A DNA stretch of 64,000 bases, taken from positions 4,908,698 through 4,972,697 of the forward strand of contig OZ037765.1 in the NCBI GenBank assembly GCA_964035545.1, given 5' to 3'. Under the pieces are notes generated by a model. It had not been told where the DNA came from, ran no database searches, and saw only the letters and a list, made by a program, of their open reading frames with translations. The DNA comes from Bugula neritina. Taxonomy: Eukaryota > Animalia > Bryozoa. This document shows, piece after piece, positions 11,347 through 25,500 of the stretch. A program made the position numbers and the translations under genes. Positions within the stretch are counted from its first letter, which is position 1, and each line of letters begins with the position of its first letter.

Positions 11347-13501
11347 CTACAGACTAGAATCACAGTTTGTACCGTGGAGATTTGAGGGGGGAGAAGCACT
11401 GCACTGGGGTGGTGACACCCTCATAGCAGTAGACTGGGGCGAGAGAGGTAACCCCTTATTAGCGTGATGCTTTTGTTTGCGAAGTGTATCGTATTCATTG
11501 AGACTAAACAAATTCTCATAAACAGGAAGTTCGTAACAATCAGCAGACGCTGTTTCAGGCGACTGGAGTGCCCGTTTAGCCGCTACGCGTTGCCTCAATT
11601 CCTCAAGATTTGTGTAGACTGGTTTCTCATGGGATACTATGTTGTGAGCATTTTCGTATATCCGCTCTTCAGGGAGAGACAACTCTGGTAAAATAGCTGC
11701 CCCAGTGGTCTCACCATCAGAGAGTTCTACAGGAACTTTGTTGTTCTGGGGCACACTGAATGCTGTGTTGGTAGACAACTGTAGGTTTGTGTTGTTGAGT
11801 TCTTTTGACTCGTGTAAGGAGGCGCAGGCGTAGTGACTTGAGTTGTTATCAGACGAGCTGTGGTTTATATTCAACTTATCGCTACCGTCATCAGCCTCTT
11901 GCTCTGCAGACTGTGATATTTGCAGGAGGGGACGCTCCTCCGCACCCCCGTTATACACCTTATTTTTACGAGCGGTGGACCTACCAGAGCGAGATGAATG
12001 ATGTGACCTTGCAGTGCTATGACTTTGTAAACTGGCATACGACTCATTCAGAGCAGAAGGAGCTGGCTTCCTCCCCTCAGCCTCCATATGCTGCCGCTGC
12101 TGCCGATGTCGGTGCTTCCCGCTACGGTGTGAACTCCTTTTGGACCGGTGACTATAATGACTTTCATCATCAGAGTTGTCTTCCGAATCTCGCATAGACC
12201 TCATATAGTTTGTATGAACATAGGCTTGCTCACTCAGAGGTTTCCTACGACCGCTGTCTCGCTCATACTGCAGAGAAGGGGGCTTCATATACCCACATGG
12301 CCTTATGCTCGGAGAGACTGTTCTCTGAACTGCGTGGCCAGGATTCCTCGGCACACTACTCTGCCACATGTCGGGTGGGTACCTGTAAAACTGGGGAGTG
12401 TTCCTTCCACTTTCGGATGGAGTCCTACACTGACCAATAGTTGGCTCTCTCTGTCGGCCAGTGTGAGCAGAATAAGATGACGTATGCAGTTGGTGAGACG
12501 ACTTCCCCATTGACTGATTCACCTTGTTTCTAACATCTGCAGGCTCCGAGTTGGTGCTACCTAGTCGGTGTCTTTTGGCCTGCTTGGAGTTATGGCTCTT
12601 GATTTGAATTTCAATGCTCATGTGTTGGCCCGGCTCTGTGTTAGTTGGACTGTGAGTGTGAACTCTACCCGTCTCAGGAACTGACATCATAGAGTGGTTC
12701 ATGCTCCTATCTCTGCTGTTTCTCTTTCTTTCCCAGTACCTTTTGGCCACCCCATTCTGATGAGGGTTGAAAAAGACGGGGCCGTCATCGGGAGCCCCCT
12801 GAACGGAAGAGTCTGCTCGGTGGGAATCTGTCATCGAATGTGACATCATAGACGATTTTTTGTGATACTGCATTATTTGTAACAGTGGATTTGGTTGGTT
12901 GGCTGTGCTAGATGCCTTCAAGGAACTAGATGAGTCATCTTCGTGTTTGAAACTCTTGTGAGCGTTGGCATGGCTGATGACGTTGATATTAGTGTTAGAT
13001 CTTGGGGGCGCAGTATCCGAGTCAAGGTCATTCTTATGACACACCTGCCACATGGCGCGAGTGTCGTTGCGAGCGAAACAGTAAAATACGACTAGAAATA
13101 TCCCAAACACAACACACAGAATCATGTAGAAGTAGCTGAGAATAATGTCTAGCTGTTCCATGTTGGGAAGGGAGGGGAGCACAATACTAGCCGCCCCACC
13201 CGCCCACATACACAGGTAGAGGAGCAGAAACAAGACTATGCCGGCCAGCTGGGTTAGAGGTCTGTACTCGGCATCGGCGACTGAGGATTTCTCGGAACCG
13301 TTGTTGGACATGCTGTCGTCCATGTTGTGTGTGTCAAGGCAGCTGTCAGCAGTCGTCTCCAGCATGTCGTCAATGTAGACTTTAGCGTGCTGATTGTGTT
13401 TGGATGAGCAGATGCAGATGTAGAGAATACAGTTGACGAGGAAGAATAAGCCAACTGGTCCGTAGTATGACAGCAGTCCCGGGCTCCAGTGCACGAAACA
13501 A
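11347..13501 (-). CDS. Large terminal exon of the ADGRA-like gene (TM5-TM7 plus ~570-aa cytoplasmic tail ending DSSL)
   Basis: Part of the 723-aa ORF 11347-13518; acceptor AG at 13502-13503; three hydrophobic segments followed by an S/H/R-rich tail. Confidence 0.9.
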
Positions 13502-16500
13502 CTACAAGTAAATTTCAATAAATAAAGAATCAGTGAAAAGAAAACTTTAAATAAGCCAGGTGACTGAAAACATGTGTCAGCATTTCATAACACAAGAGAA
13601 AAGTATCTTTACTGACTCACAAACTAATCTCAATACAACGACATAACGAAGAGTGACATGAACATAAGGTAAAGTGTAACTCACTAGAACTTGTTCTGGT
13701 AGAACTCAATGCTAACTGCCCCAGTTATACCACAAACTATGATAGGCACACCCCAGGCAAACAAGTAGAACTTGAGCATTGGATTGGGGGGCAGGGGGGC
13801 CGCCCCGTCTTCTGTTGGCAAATGTCTGTGACTTCTACCGCTCATCTTCTTATATATATTCCTGGCAAAGCAAATTAGAGCTAATTATTCTGTCAAAATA
13901 AAAGGTCAGTACTTTCGTTCTGCAAAGTTTTATCTATTTAAACCATTATTATGATAAATCTATCACATAAAATGAAAATAATGAAACAAGATCCAAACAA
14001 TGAACGTAAAATACAAACACTAGGTGAAACACCAACGTACCAGGTAGTGACGGTTAACCAGAACACAGTAGTAAGAGAGAAGTAGTGTATAGCCATTCCA
14101 AACACTTTACATCCGATATCATCGTACGTCTTGATGCCCAGTATAAACACCAGCTTTAGCAGCAGTACACTGAGGCATGTGTTAATTATAGAGTGCTTCA
14201 ACTTCTTAGACAGCAGTATTGTACTGTAAACATCAAACAGAGTAATCACTACTAGACAAAAGTAATAAGAATATTAATATTAATCTCACCCATTACCATA
14301 CAATAATTAAATATTAAACCACTCATTATTTCATAGTCTACTAACCAATAAAAAATTAAGCTCAATTCAACAATAAAATAATCAAAAAAACTTTTCTTTG
14401 ACGGAGTTCAATTTTTACTAGCAAAATTTATTAAATGTTTACTTGTGACTGACAAATTTCTCATGCAAATCAAAGCTACTTACAACTATTATCTGTCAAG
14501 TAAGTAACTTGGAGATAAATGAATACAAGTAAACTCTAATGAATTGTAAAAAATATGTGCAAACCTCTTAACATAAACAGTGAAAAGTTAAAAAGTTGGT
14601 TCATAAAAAAGTTTACCTTTTTCAGACTAAATACAAGGGAGGACAACCTGAAACAATTGAGGCATAAAAAACTGCATCTTCTACGTGTATCACAACAACC
14701 AGTACAATTTCTATTTTTATCTGTTTTTATGTCATTTTACTTTATTTAGTACACATCAGCAAGTTAGGACCAAAAACTAAAGCTTGCTCAAAATCCATGA
14801 ATATTCACTATATGGGGTAATTTTATGTGTTGATTTTATTCGCATCTGTTTTTGTAGTGCAAATTCTACAAAAAGAAATGTACCAACCCCCACCAATCAG
14901 ACCCCCCCACAATGCGGACATACACGGCCTCTGCTCACCGGTAAGTACACGTGTAGGTAAGCAGCACCGTGATCAGACACAGACATAGGAAGAAAGCTCC
15001 CACGTAGAACTGAGGTCTGTGTACAAAGAACCATCCCACATGATCTACAAACTCCTTATCAGCTTCAGCCTTTAGTCTCTCCTGTAATTACAACAAGGGA
15101 GAGTGTAGCTATGCAATATTAGTACAGAACTCAGTATCCACAACTTGAGGTAATAAATATTTCATCAATTGCTGGAAGTTCAAAATAATGTGTGTTGCGT
15201 GTTCATGTCGTGTGTGTGTTGCGCGTGTGTATGAGTGATTTGATGGGCAATATTCTACAGGCAAATAGCCATTTAATTGCTAAGAGATTGTAACAAATGT
15301 TATTTAAAATTTTTCTTTTACTGAGCATTGGATAGCTAAAAGCTTGCTACTTGTCTGCATGCCACCCCTGTCTGTCATGTGTCAGTCAGGTGTCAGTCAG
15401 GTGTCTGTCATGCGTCAACCAGGTGAGTGAGAGCTACAGAACTGGCAAACAACTTTTATAATTCGATTTGCCAAGAACTACACTACAGACATACCTGCAG
15501 AAGTGAATAGCTGGCCATGTGATCACACTCAATGATGGAAAGGTTGTGATTGGTTAACCCGAGAGTATTAGATATACGGCAACCGTCTCTCCGCCAGGAC
15601 TGGTTCGTGGAGTCCCAGGAGACAGCCTGCACATTGGGCACTCTGTCCACGTAGTCCTGTCTGGGAAGGGCCACTGTTAGGGGCGTGGATGACAGGCCCC
15701 TCACCTCAGCCCCGACTAAAATCGGTGAAATATTTGGTGTGCTGGAAGGGTATGTAGAGTTGTCTTACGAAACAAGAGGAAATAACTTCAATATTCAGTA
15801 CAAAAATCTGTCTTAGTAAAAAATGGTAAGTAAACCACTTTTAACTGAACAGCAACCATCTTGGCTTGAATAACAAAGTCTTACTTTCTCTTTGACTGTA
15901 CAGAATTCAATCATTTATAAGAATATTATTCTAACTTAACTACTAAAAACACAACAATATGGAAATAAAAATATTGTTTGTGCAATTGTTTTGCTCATGT
16001 TCTGCAGTGAAATATAAAATATGCCTGCTTTAGATACGTGAAATTTGTGATAAAATTTTGCTGAGACTTTCATGTTTAAGTTTGATTAAATTTACCAGGT
16101 TCAGTGTTGTACGGAGATTGTACATTGCACTGAAGAATACAGCAAAACTTCTAAGCCATTTACAGTAAGCTTTATACTAACATATTGAAAACTTTGAATA
16201 CTTATATCCAATTATCTGCATTTTTGTTCCAACCAATCACATGGACTGGAACAGCTGAGTTACAACTCATGTAGATGACATTACAAGTCAGCTTCTACAA
16301 ACTAATACATGTTAGAACTTACTGACTCTAGTGGAGATCACAGGACTGGGTATGAAGTACTTGGAGGAAGGGGAGGGGGTGCCAGTGGTGTTGGAGGGGT
16401 AGAGGTGGTCACTTCTGTATATGATAGTCATCAACTTAAAATAGCGAGGGGTGGGTACCAAGACAACTACGTCTGCCGGTATGTGTATCAGCGCGTCTAC

Positions 16501-19500
16501 CTTCTGCAAGCACAGCACAACGTGTTGGTGACACAGCAGCATAATATAGTTGTAGTGCTATTGGGTATATTACAGAACACTGCTTGCAAACTGACTTATC
16601 TTTGAAAATTAATCTGATGTGAGCTTAAAGTAATAGAAAATGTATAATTATAACACAGGAGGAACAGTGGGCTAGTGGTTAGAGCACTGGCTTAGTAAAG
16701 ACAAGGTCAGTGGTTCGAATCCCAGGAAAAGCTATTGGTGATGTTAGGAAGAGCATTCAGTCATAATTATTCCTGTGCCACAATAGAAGCAAATCTTCAA
16801 CCCGCTTAGAAAACCCGTTCCATCACAGGTTCTCACAGGGAAGGATACTTTAAAACCGTGAGTATAATCGTACTGCAGCAAATTAACATTGTGTAATATA
16901 TTACGCTAATATAATACATTATATTATTGTAATATATTACATTAATATAATACATTAGATTAATATTGTGTAATATATTACAATATAATACTCGTATAAC
17001 ACATTAATACAATACTTTACCTATTATAACAGTGTAATATAAGAAGAAAACAACAATGGTTACATAGCGTCACAGCGTTGCGTTATTCGTGACGTGACAG
17101 CCATTACAGTTAGCAACAGACTGCTTACTTGTGACTTCAATCAAAGATCTGCATCCGCCTACCTGATTCTTAGACTTGGCGAAGTCGGGTGTAGCAGCCT
17201 GGTCTATACAGTAGAAGTTGTTAGGAAGGTAGGTCTTTGCCGTCTTGGATATCTGGAGGGCGGTACATAGCAGGCCGATGAAGGAAGTAGTGGGCGTGTA
17301 CTTACGACTCTGCATAGCTATGTTGTCCATGTAGAGGTTGTACTCAGCCTGTTTATCTAGCATGTAGTTGACTACAGTCTCCAGGTTAGCTCTCATGCTA
17401 CGGAGATAGGAAAGTTACACAACATTTCAAACAAAAGACAACTCCAAACACGGACATTTTACTGAGTTGTACACTAACAATAAGCAGGTATGACAAAAAT
17501 TATTCTATTAAAGTTACCGCATTGTGTAAAATCTACAGCATTAAGCAAACCTAGTTTTTCTAAAAGAATTATTAAAGAAAATGACTTTAATCTACAGTAT
17601 CTAGTAGAAAATAATATTTTAGTAAATAAGAAGATCAACTATTACAGAGTTGAATGTCATAGTAACGTTTTCAGCATTTGCTCTAATGGTAGTATTGATA
17701 CTGCTCATCTGTAGCACCAATGTACATAGTGTACAGGATTATAAGTAACTTAAATACCACAAAAAAAGACAATCATATATATATATTCAACATGCATTGC
17801 TTATACTTGGAACAACAATCTAACATATTAACGGGAGGATGGAATTCACCTAGTGCACGCTCTCTTCTCTATTTCTGCCTCCATCAGCAAAGAGCTATTC
17901 ACGTTCATCATAAGACTGGTTATGTTGAAAACCATCTCCGGAATCTGCAACATCAGCACATTAAATGGAGAGTATAACAATGTACAACAGTTGTGAAGGG
18001 AGCGTAACTCCTACTGTACCATGTTAAGGAAAGACATGAGGTGACAATTACACTCAGTTTTATAAATAAATTTTTATCAAGTCTAAAATGATTTGTGTAG
18101 TAATTCGGTTGGTTGTATACAACTCCATACCTCAGCCTTAGAGTAGAGATAGTAAGAAGAGCTAATTCTGCTAAGAACCTTGGCTACGTATATGACGTCA
18201 ATCTTGTGAGATATGATGTCACTGGACTGCATTAGCATCTTCATCAGTGTCTTCACCATCTCCACGCTGGTAGTGATGTTGAAGTCAGACTACAACAGTG
18301 TTACCATACTGTATAACAAAGGAATGAAATATTACTTCTCTTCTGTATGCAGCATACAACTGGGAGAGATAAGATAACTCTAAACATATGTTTTTGTCTT
18401 GTACAGTAAAATTTACTGACAAAGATATAGCAAGAGCAGACAACTAGCCAATTAGAATTGCCGATACTTGTTAGTTAACAACAAAATTGCTCCAACGTCT
18501 GCAGAATATCTACACTAGTGACCGAGTAACTCACCAGGGACAACTCCCAGAGAAGCTGCGTAATGTCGCTGGAATATTTACAGCCCCGTGTGTCAAGGTC
18601 AACCCACTGAGCATCTGCATTGCACGTATAATAAGCCTTAGCTCCTGACTTGCACATCAGCTCGGCGCGGGAATCATGGCCAGTACGGGGCCATTTATAC
18701 TTCCCCTTGTCGGTTTCCGTGGTTACCTCAGGACACGATGCTGAAAGAGTCGAATAGTAAACTGAGACAAATCTGTAAGAAAATAGTCAGAGCCCACAGG
18801 CTAGATAGACCGAGAGCAAAGTTTAGATCCTGACAATCACTGGAGACACTGGAAACATTTTTACTCATTAATGGAGTGACGTTTCTCTGATTAGCTGGTG
18901 ATAAATATGGAGCATGAGATTTAATGGAGGTTACAAATATTTCATAATATTAGTAACAGAAACAATAAAACTGGGAGACTGCTTCAAATTTAAATTAGTA
19001 CAGGATTGAAACTATATTCTGCATTTTTAATCTCTACATAAATTAGGTATACCCCACACTATATGCTACAACATAAAACACACCTATGATACAGAACACA
19101 CAGATACGGCATAGATATGGTGTTTGTAACATGCAGAGGTATCAGTGAACTTGATGTAACCCACTTAGACTATAAATTGTAGTAACACTATACTTTATAG
19201 TTAGTTGAAGAGGGAAACTATTGACAGCTGCTACTGGACAACAGCATTCCTCTCCACCTACTCAGCTATGTCTGGCAGCTCATAAAACTGCTGCCCATTC
19301 AGCTCTAGTGTTCCGCTAAGTGGATCATTTGCATTATCTAATTACTATACATGTAATTGATGGCAGAACATGGGGACAATGAATTCGTGCTTGGCCTTCA
19401 GAAATTGGCCAATAAAATCAGGAGGTGTATATATATATATCACTGTATATATAATATATATCACAGTATATATCAACGGATAGTGTTAGCTCAAATCTAA

Positions 19501-22500
19501 ACGTTAAAAAAATCTAATTTTGATTTGCAATACCAATAGACTTAAATATAGTATGCAGAGCTGAGCAAGAAATGTAATATGTATATATTTGGTCTTTAGA
19601 AAATTTCAATAATGATTATAATATATCAAAATAAACACTGAAAAAGAGATTTCAAGCAATTTATCCAATCGGAAAAGTTTTAAATTGAATAAAACATCCA
19701 ACCTCCTACATCAAAGAATATAAATATGATGGAATAGAGATTAGTTGGAAGAGTTCACAGTGTACAGAGTACAGTACAGTACCACAGTAAACCAGGACAT
19801 GCTGGTGACAGAGAGACTTTAGACTACGTGGTGAAAGTACAGTCATTACACAATATAGGATAGAAGTTGAAAGTAAACATGACTAGAGGAAAATACTGGT
19901 ATGAAATATTTCTCAGTGTCAATTAGAGAACAATTAGTGATTTAACATGCATTATAGCCAATTAAAGTTGATAAGTCAAACATATTGGTAAAAGAGATAT
20001 CTCCTATTTCATATTACACTTGACAAGAGTGTTGAATTTCCACTATAGAAGGCAGGTGTCACGTGAAGACAAGTAGAGTTGAGTTATTGTCATAAGAATA
20101 TATTATACGCATATTAATTCAACTTGTACAATGAAACCAAACAAGTGACAATGTTTACCACCATTCTACCTAGACTATTGCTTTGCAAAAAAATTTCTCA
20201 AAGATAAATTTAATGAAAAGGACAGTTACTATTGCACTGGTAATGAACCCATACAAGTGATAATGTATTGCATGCTACCTAGACTACTGCTGTAAGCACT
20301 GCTTTGTAAACTTTTTTTATCTCGGACTGTTCAAAGATTAGGTTAATGAAAAGGAGAGTTATTATTGCATTGGTAATTATAATACAGATTTAAATGTGCA
20401 TGTTTATATCTTCCAGTGGTTACTAATGACCCACTACCCGTGGGCATCACACTTCATTAAGGAAGTAATAAAACACAGCTGATAACAGCAGTAAGGCCTT
20501 GAACTTCCTTACATACTAAATATACAGGTAATGAAGCTTGCTATGAGCCCCACCTCAATAGTGAGGTAATTATGTAATGAGATACATATTACAGTTAATA
20601 TTGTTATGTACAGCTATGTTATATACCAGACATGCATATATAATATTGTTAAATGGCAGGTGTAACTTAAAACTAATTATAACTCTAATTTGTAAGAAAC
20701 ATTCTCTAGTAAATACAAATATCAACTTTCTTCTCACATGTTAATATTTCTAAAGACGAGTTTTCACTTTTTACATTATAGAAACTTGACCCAATCTACT
20801 TCCTTTACAATTCTTATTTGAAGTTAAATGATACCCCCCTACTCTACCCCTCTCTCACGACAATGCAAGCTATTTTTGTCTCTACCCCATGACATACATT
20901 TCCACAGCATACAAACACGATGTTCATTAGAGACTATCAACGATAATAAGAAAATGCCAGAAAAATATTGTATCCTTGGATAGGTGAGTAATAGAGAAAT
21001 TGAGAAAAGCTCATGATCTAGAAGAGAAAAGAAGTTATGTTCACAAAAACTTCAACCCAAAGTCCAAACCAAAACTTATTTTAAAATTTCTTCCCTATTG
21101 CAACTGAATGCATGCACAATACTAATAATAGAACTAATATGTGGGGCCCTCATCTTACTCAAAGTAACTCAAACACTGATAGTAAACACTACACTATTAC
21201 ATTGTAATATCTTTCTTACCAGGCTCTGTGAATATACTGAGGGATTTTGTAAAATTGGTCTGTCCATCATTAGCTATACAACTCCACAGTCCCGTTCTCT
21301 CCTTCGTCAAGTTCCTAAGGCTAAAAGCAAACACAGCCTATTGGATGGAAGTAAATTATTTACGCAACTTCTGGTAGACATTTACAATGATTAAGCGTTT
21401 AAATGGCATTCATCACAAATAGACAGAAATAGAAGTCCTATGTCTAGCAAACTGTATTAGTAAATACACCCCATGTTTTGTAAGTTTACACCTCCATTCA
21501 ATCACCCGACTAGCAACACTAACTAGATGAATAGAGCATACAGCTAAACTAAACAGCTCTACAATGTGAAGGCTGCTCACTTCAGAACCTAGAGGTGCTT
21601 TATAACTTCATTCAAAAAGTTTCAGTTAATTCCCCTTTATAGCTTTTATTGAGACTCGTTGAAATTATATTGATAGAGAAATCATTTTCTAACCATTAAA
21701 TGCTGATATCTACAAGGATTTATCCTTCCCTTTCACTAATATCATCAAATCACTGAATAAGTTATCACGAGAGAATAATTTTGACAGTAGTTTTCAAAAT
21801 GTTGTTAATTTTTTGTCTGAAAAATATAAACACACCTTAGAGGTATATATAGCAGAGGTACTTACATAAGAGTTTTAGTAAGTAGACTTGGAGGGGTCTG
21901 TTTCACCACCACCTCTATCTTAGCGGATATATTGGTGGACACAAGTCTACCATTTCTGTACCAGTTAACATGGTGAGTACTATCAGTGGAGACTGTGCAG
22001 TCTATTGGTAGCGTGTCATTAGTGAAGACGAGCTGCGTGGTGGCTGGATCCAACTCAAACACTTTTATACCTCCGGTATTGCCTACAAAAAGGGGAGACA
22101 ACTCAGATAACTTGCACAGTGTAAATGTCTACAGCAAATATTCCTTTAAATATCAAATTTTAACTTTTAATATAATTTATAATTAGAAACCTTTATGCAT
22201 TACAATGAAATATGCAAAATATTCACTCTACTCTATGGAGAACAATTGAAATAGTATTTTACCATCAAAAAATATTACAGCTGTCATCAGGGTATTGTTT
22301 CCTATCCATTATATGGTTGAATAACATCAAGTGCAACAATGCAAATTCATACATGTGAGTGAAAATTTCACTTATGAATGTACAACCGTAGACTAACTTG
22401 CCTTGGGCAGCAAAATAAATGGTTAAAGTTTTAGCTCTGGGCAAACCTACAAAATTGAGTTGGCACTTACCACAATTCATAGTAGACAAGTCCAGGTTCT

Positions 22501-25500
22501 TAACCAAAGTACCAGTGAGCGAGGCGGGCTGGGCGCACACGGTGTCCAGAATATTTACTTTGCTGACCTGAGCCCATTCGAGTAAACTCTCCATCCGACA
22601 ATCACATACCAAGTTCGACGAGTTGAAATCACTTCAAAATAAGTATAACTTAAGTATTTAAAGTATAAGTATAACTTAAGTATTTAAAGTATAAGGATAA
22701 CTTAAGTATTTAAAGTATAAGTATAACTCAAGTAGAGACACTATGAGAACACACAGTCACACAGGAATTGCCGTTCCATACATAAGTTCCTGTATTGAGA
22801 GACAGTGTGAATCAGTGGCTGTGACTGCAGTTGCTGTGGTTCATGGAAAGACAGTTGAATAGTACAAGTTGCGCTGTAACTTAATAAAGTTGCTCTCCTT
22901 GGCAAGGAGAATATTCCAATGTTTCAATGCAGAACAAGCAACTACGGCAGTGTAGACTGAGTACCCTGATGTTTTACCAGTTCTCTGTGCATTAGAGAAT
23001 ACCGCTATACTTTCACCTAATTAACATTTTGTAGTAGCTTCGAGCAAATACTGGGTATACATATGAATAACGTATATTTATATATATATCTAAATCTCCA
23101 TACATATCTATATACTAAAGGGTAACATTTTTAAATAACGTTCAAACACTTCTGAGTAAAAAGAAGGAAACAAATAAAAGAACAGCAATACAAGGGGGGG
23201 GCTGACTTACACTCTATTTAGCTGAGTCAAACCACGAAACACTCCTCCTGGCAGCGCCTGAAATACATTTCCCGACAGCGACCTAAAACCAAATAAATTT
23301 AAATATTAAAAACATACACACCAAGAGGTATGTTAGACGGTACTGCAGGCACATGCAACTAAGACGAGCATGCAGAAGGGATACTGTCAGCTCTGTAAGA
23401 AAAGGCATCTGAAAAGACAGCACATTTGGTATGACACAACCACCACCTTAACATGGATTACCCGCAGCAGGAATTAAATGGTACCCAGCACATGCAGCAG
23501 CAGTGAGAGTTGGATGCAGTGCATAGCGTAGAGTAGAGCGTAAAGTGTATAGTAAAGCGTAGTGTAGAACATAGAGTAAATCGTAGTGAGTAGAGCGTAG
23601 TGTATAGAGTGTAGTGTAGAGAAAAACAAGTGAGTGGCAGAATGATGTGCAAAGACTAGATATAGAGTCTTAGCGCTTGAGCACACTTACACTTTACGCA
23701 GATTAGTTAGGGGTGTGAGACTGCCCGCCTCTACTTGTTCAATGGTATTGTTAGTAAGAAACCTGTTAGATAAAGCAGGTACAGACAATTTCACTTAATA
23801 ATTAATAAGAAGGTTACCTTAGTATAGGAACATGAAGGGGTTTTTATAAGGTAAAGCAAGCCTGAGCATTATCTACAGGCACAGTAGAAGTATGTTATAG
23901 TATAGCTGTATTACAATACAGCTGCTGATATAGTATAGCTGTGTTATAGCAATATAGTTATGGAACGCGCATTCTGGTTTTTAAGTTGGTCTTCTTTACT
24001 ATAGATAACATTTTACAATAGTTTAGATACAAAATACCTAAAATCACTCAAAACAGATAAACAATTTGCACCACGCAGCAAAACTATACAATGAAAATAG
24101 TGAAGATGAATCCACCCCTGTTAGAGAGTGCCCCAGACGAGAGAGTTATAGCTCCACCACTGCTGTCATAATATCATATACAAGCTAGAAAATACTCAGT
24201 AGTTACTTACAGACGCTTCAGCTGTGATAGTCCAGTAAATATGCTGTTATTGATTGTATTGAGTCGGTTGTTAGACAGGTCCCTGCAACAGATTAATATA
24301 CCTGATTCATTGTATAGTTATATATCATACATAGTATAGATTGTGTATACATACAGTACACAGTGTGTGTATACGAGTATATAGTTAGTAGTAAACAGCA
24401 TGTATATACAGTATACAGCATGAACACATGTATACAGTGTGTAGTACACACTGCGTAGTGCACAGTATCAGCATGCAGTATCACAGCATGTGTAAACAAA
24501 CATGCTGTGGTACTGCAAACATAAACAATGATCTACAGTACCAACACCTTTCAAGTGGTGAAAAATGTGGATGCAATTAACATGGCAATCGGTTGCCTAC
24601 CAGTTCTCTGCCCCTTTGATCTGCTGAGCTACTTAGTGTTACCAACAAATCGGCAGCACTAGCTAGTGCTGCCGCCAGTACCCAGTGCTGTGGACTGCAC
24701 TTATATAATACTTTAAATGAAGTATACGTTACATTCTTAGAAAATACTCTCAAGTGATTTTTATAAATAATTAGACCAACAACTCTTTGACTGAATAACC
24801 ACTCAATAAATTAAAAAACCTGATCATTCTGAACCTTATTATGTCACCAAGTGTTTGATGTGAGAAATTTTAAACACAGTAGGATAGCAGAGTGCAACAT
24901 CTGAAGCTGATACGGAGAGGTGTTGGTGTAGCGTCCCCAACATAAGCCGAAGGCCACTACTGGAACAAAGTGAACATGTGGTAATCTATGGCCATTTATC
25001 ATTCCAATAGTAACACTTCTAAGACTTTACTGCTGTGCATGTATAATTACTAAGCTAGCTGAAAAGTTAAATTAATTAATTAAAATGATAAAGTGCAGGA
25101 CTTACAGTCGAGTTAAAGCCTGTAGGCTACTGAAAGCACCAGGTTCTATGGAGGAGATGGAGTTTCCACTCAGATTCCTGTAAAACCCAGCAAGCTATGA
25201 CACTGCAGCAAAGGCTGGAGATGAACACACTGCACCACAGGCTAACACTTCGACACTATTCTATTTGCATTATAATAATACTGACAAGTTGGCCGAGTAC
25301 ATACATTTGAATTTCTCATTTTGAACACTTTTAAACCGCACATGATTCTACTTGCAGAAGGAGGGGGGGGGGTTGGCACTAAATTTTATTGCTGAGATAT
25401 TGTCAAGTATCATACTTTCTTTCACCAGCTGACTAAAGTCAGCATCCGCTTTGGCGACAGCAATAGATACCAGGTGTAAAGGAGTTCATACTACAGTAAA

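Noticed and set aside
11464-12480. Plus-strand ORFs of 75-130 aa
   Set aside because: Antisense shadows of the GC-richer ADGRA terminal exon.
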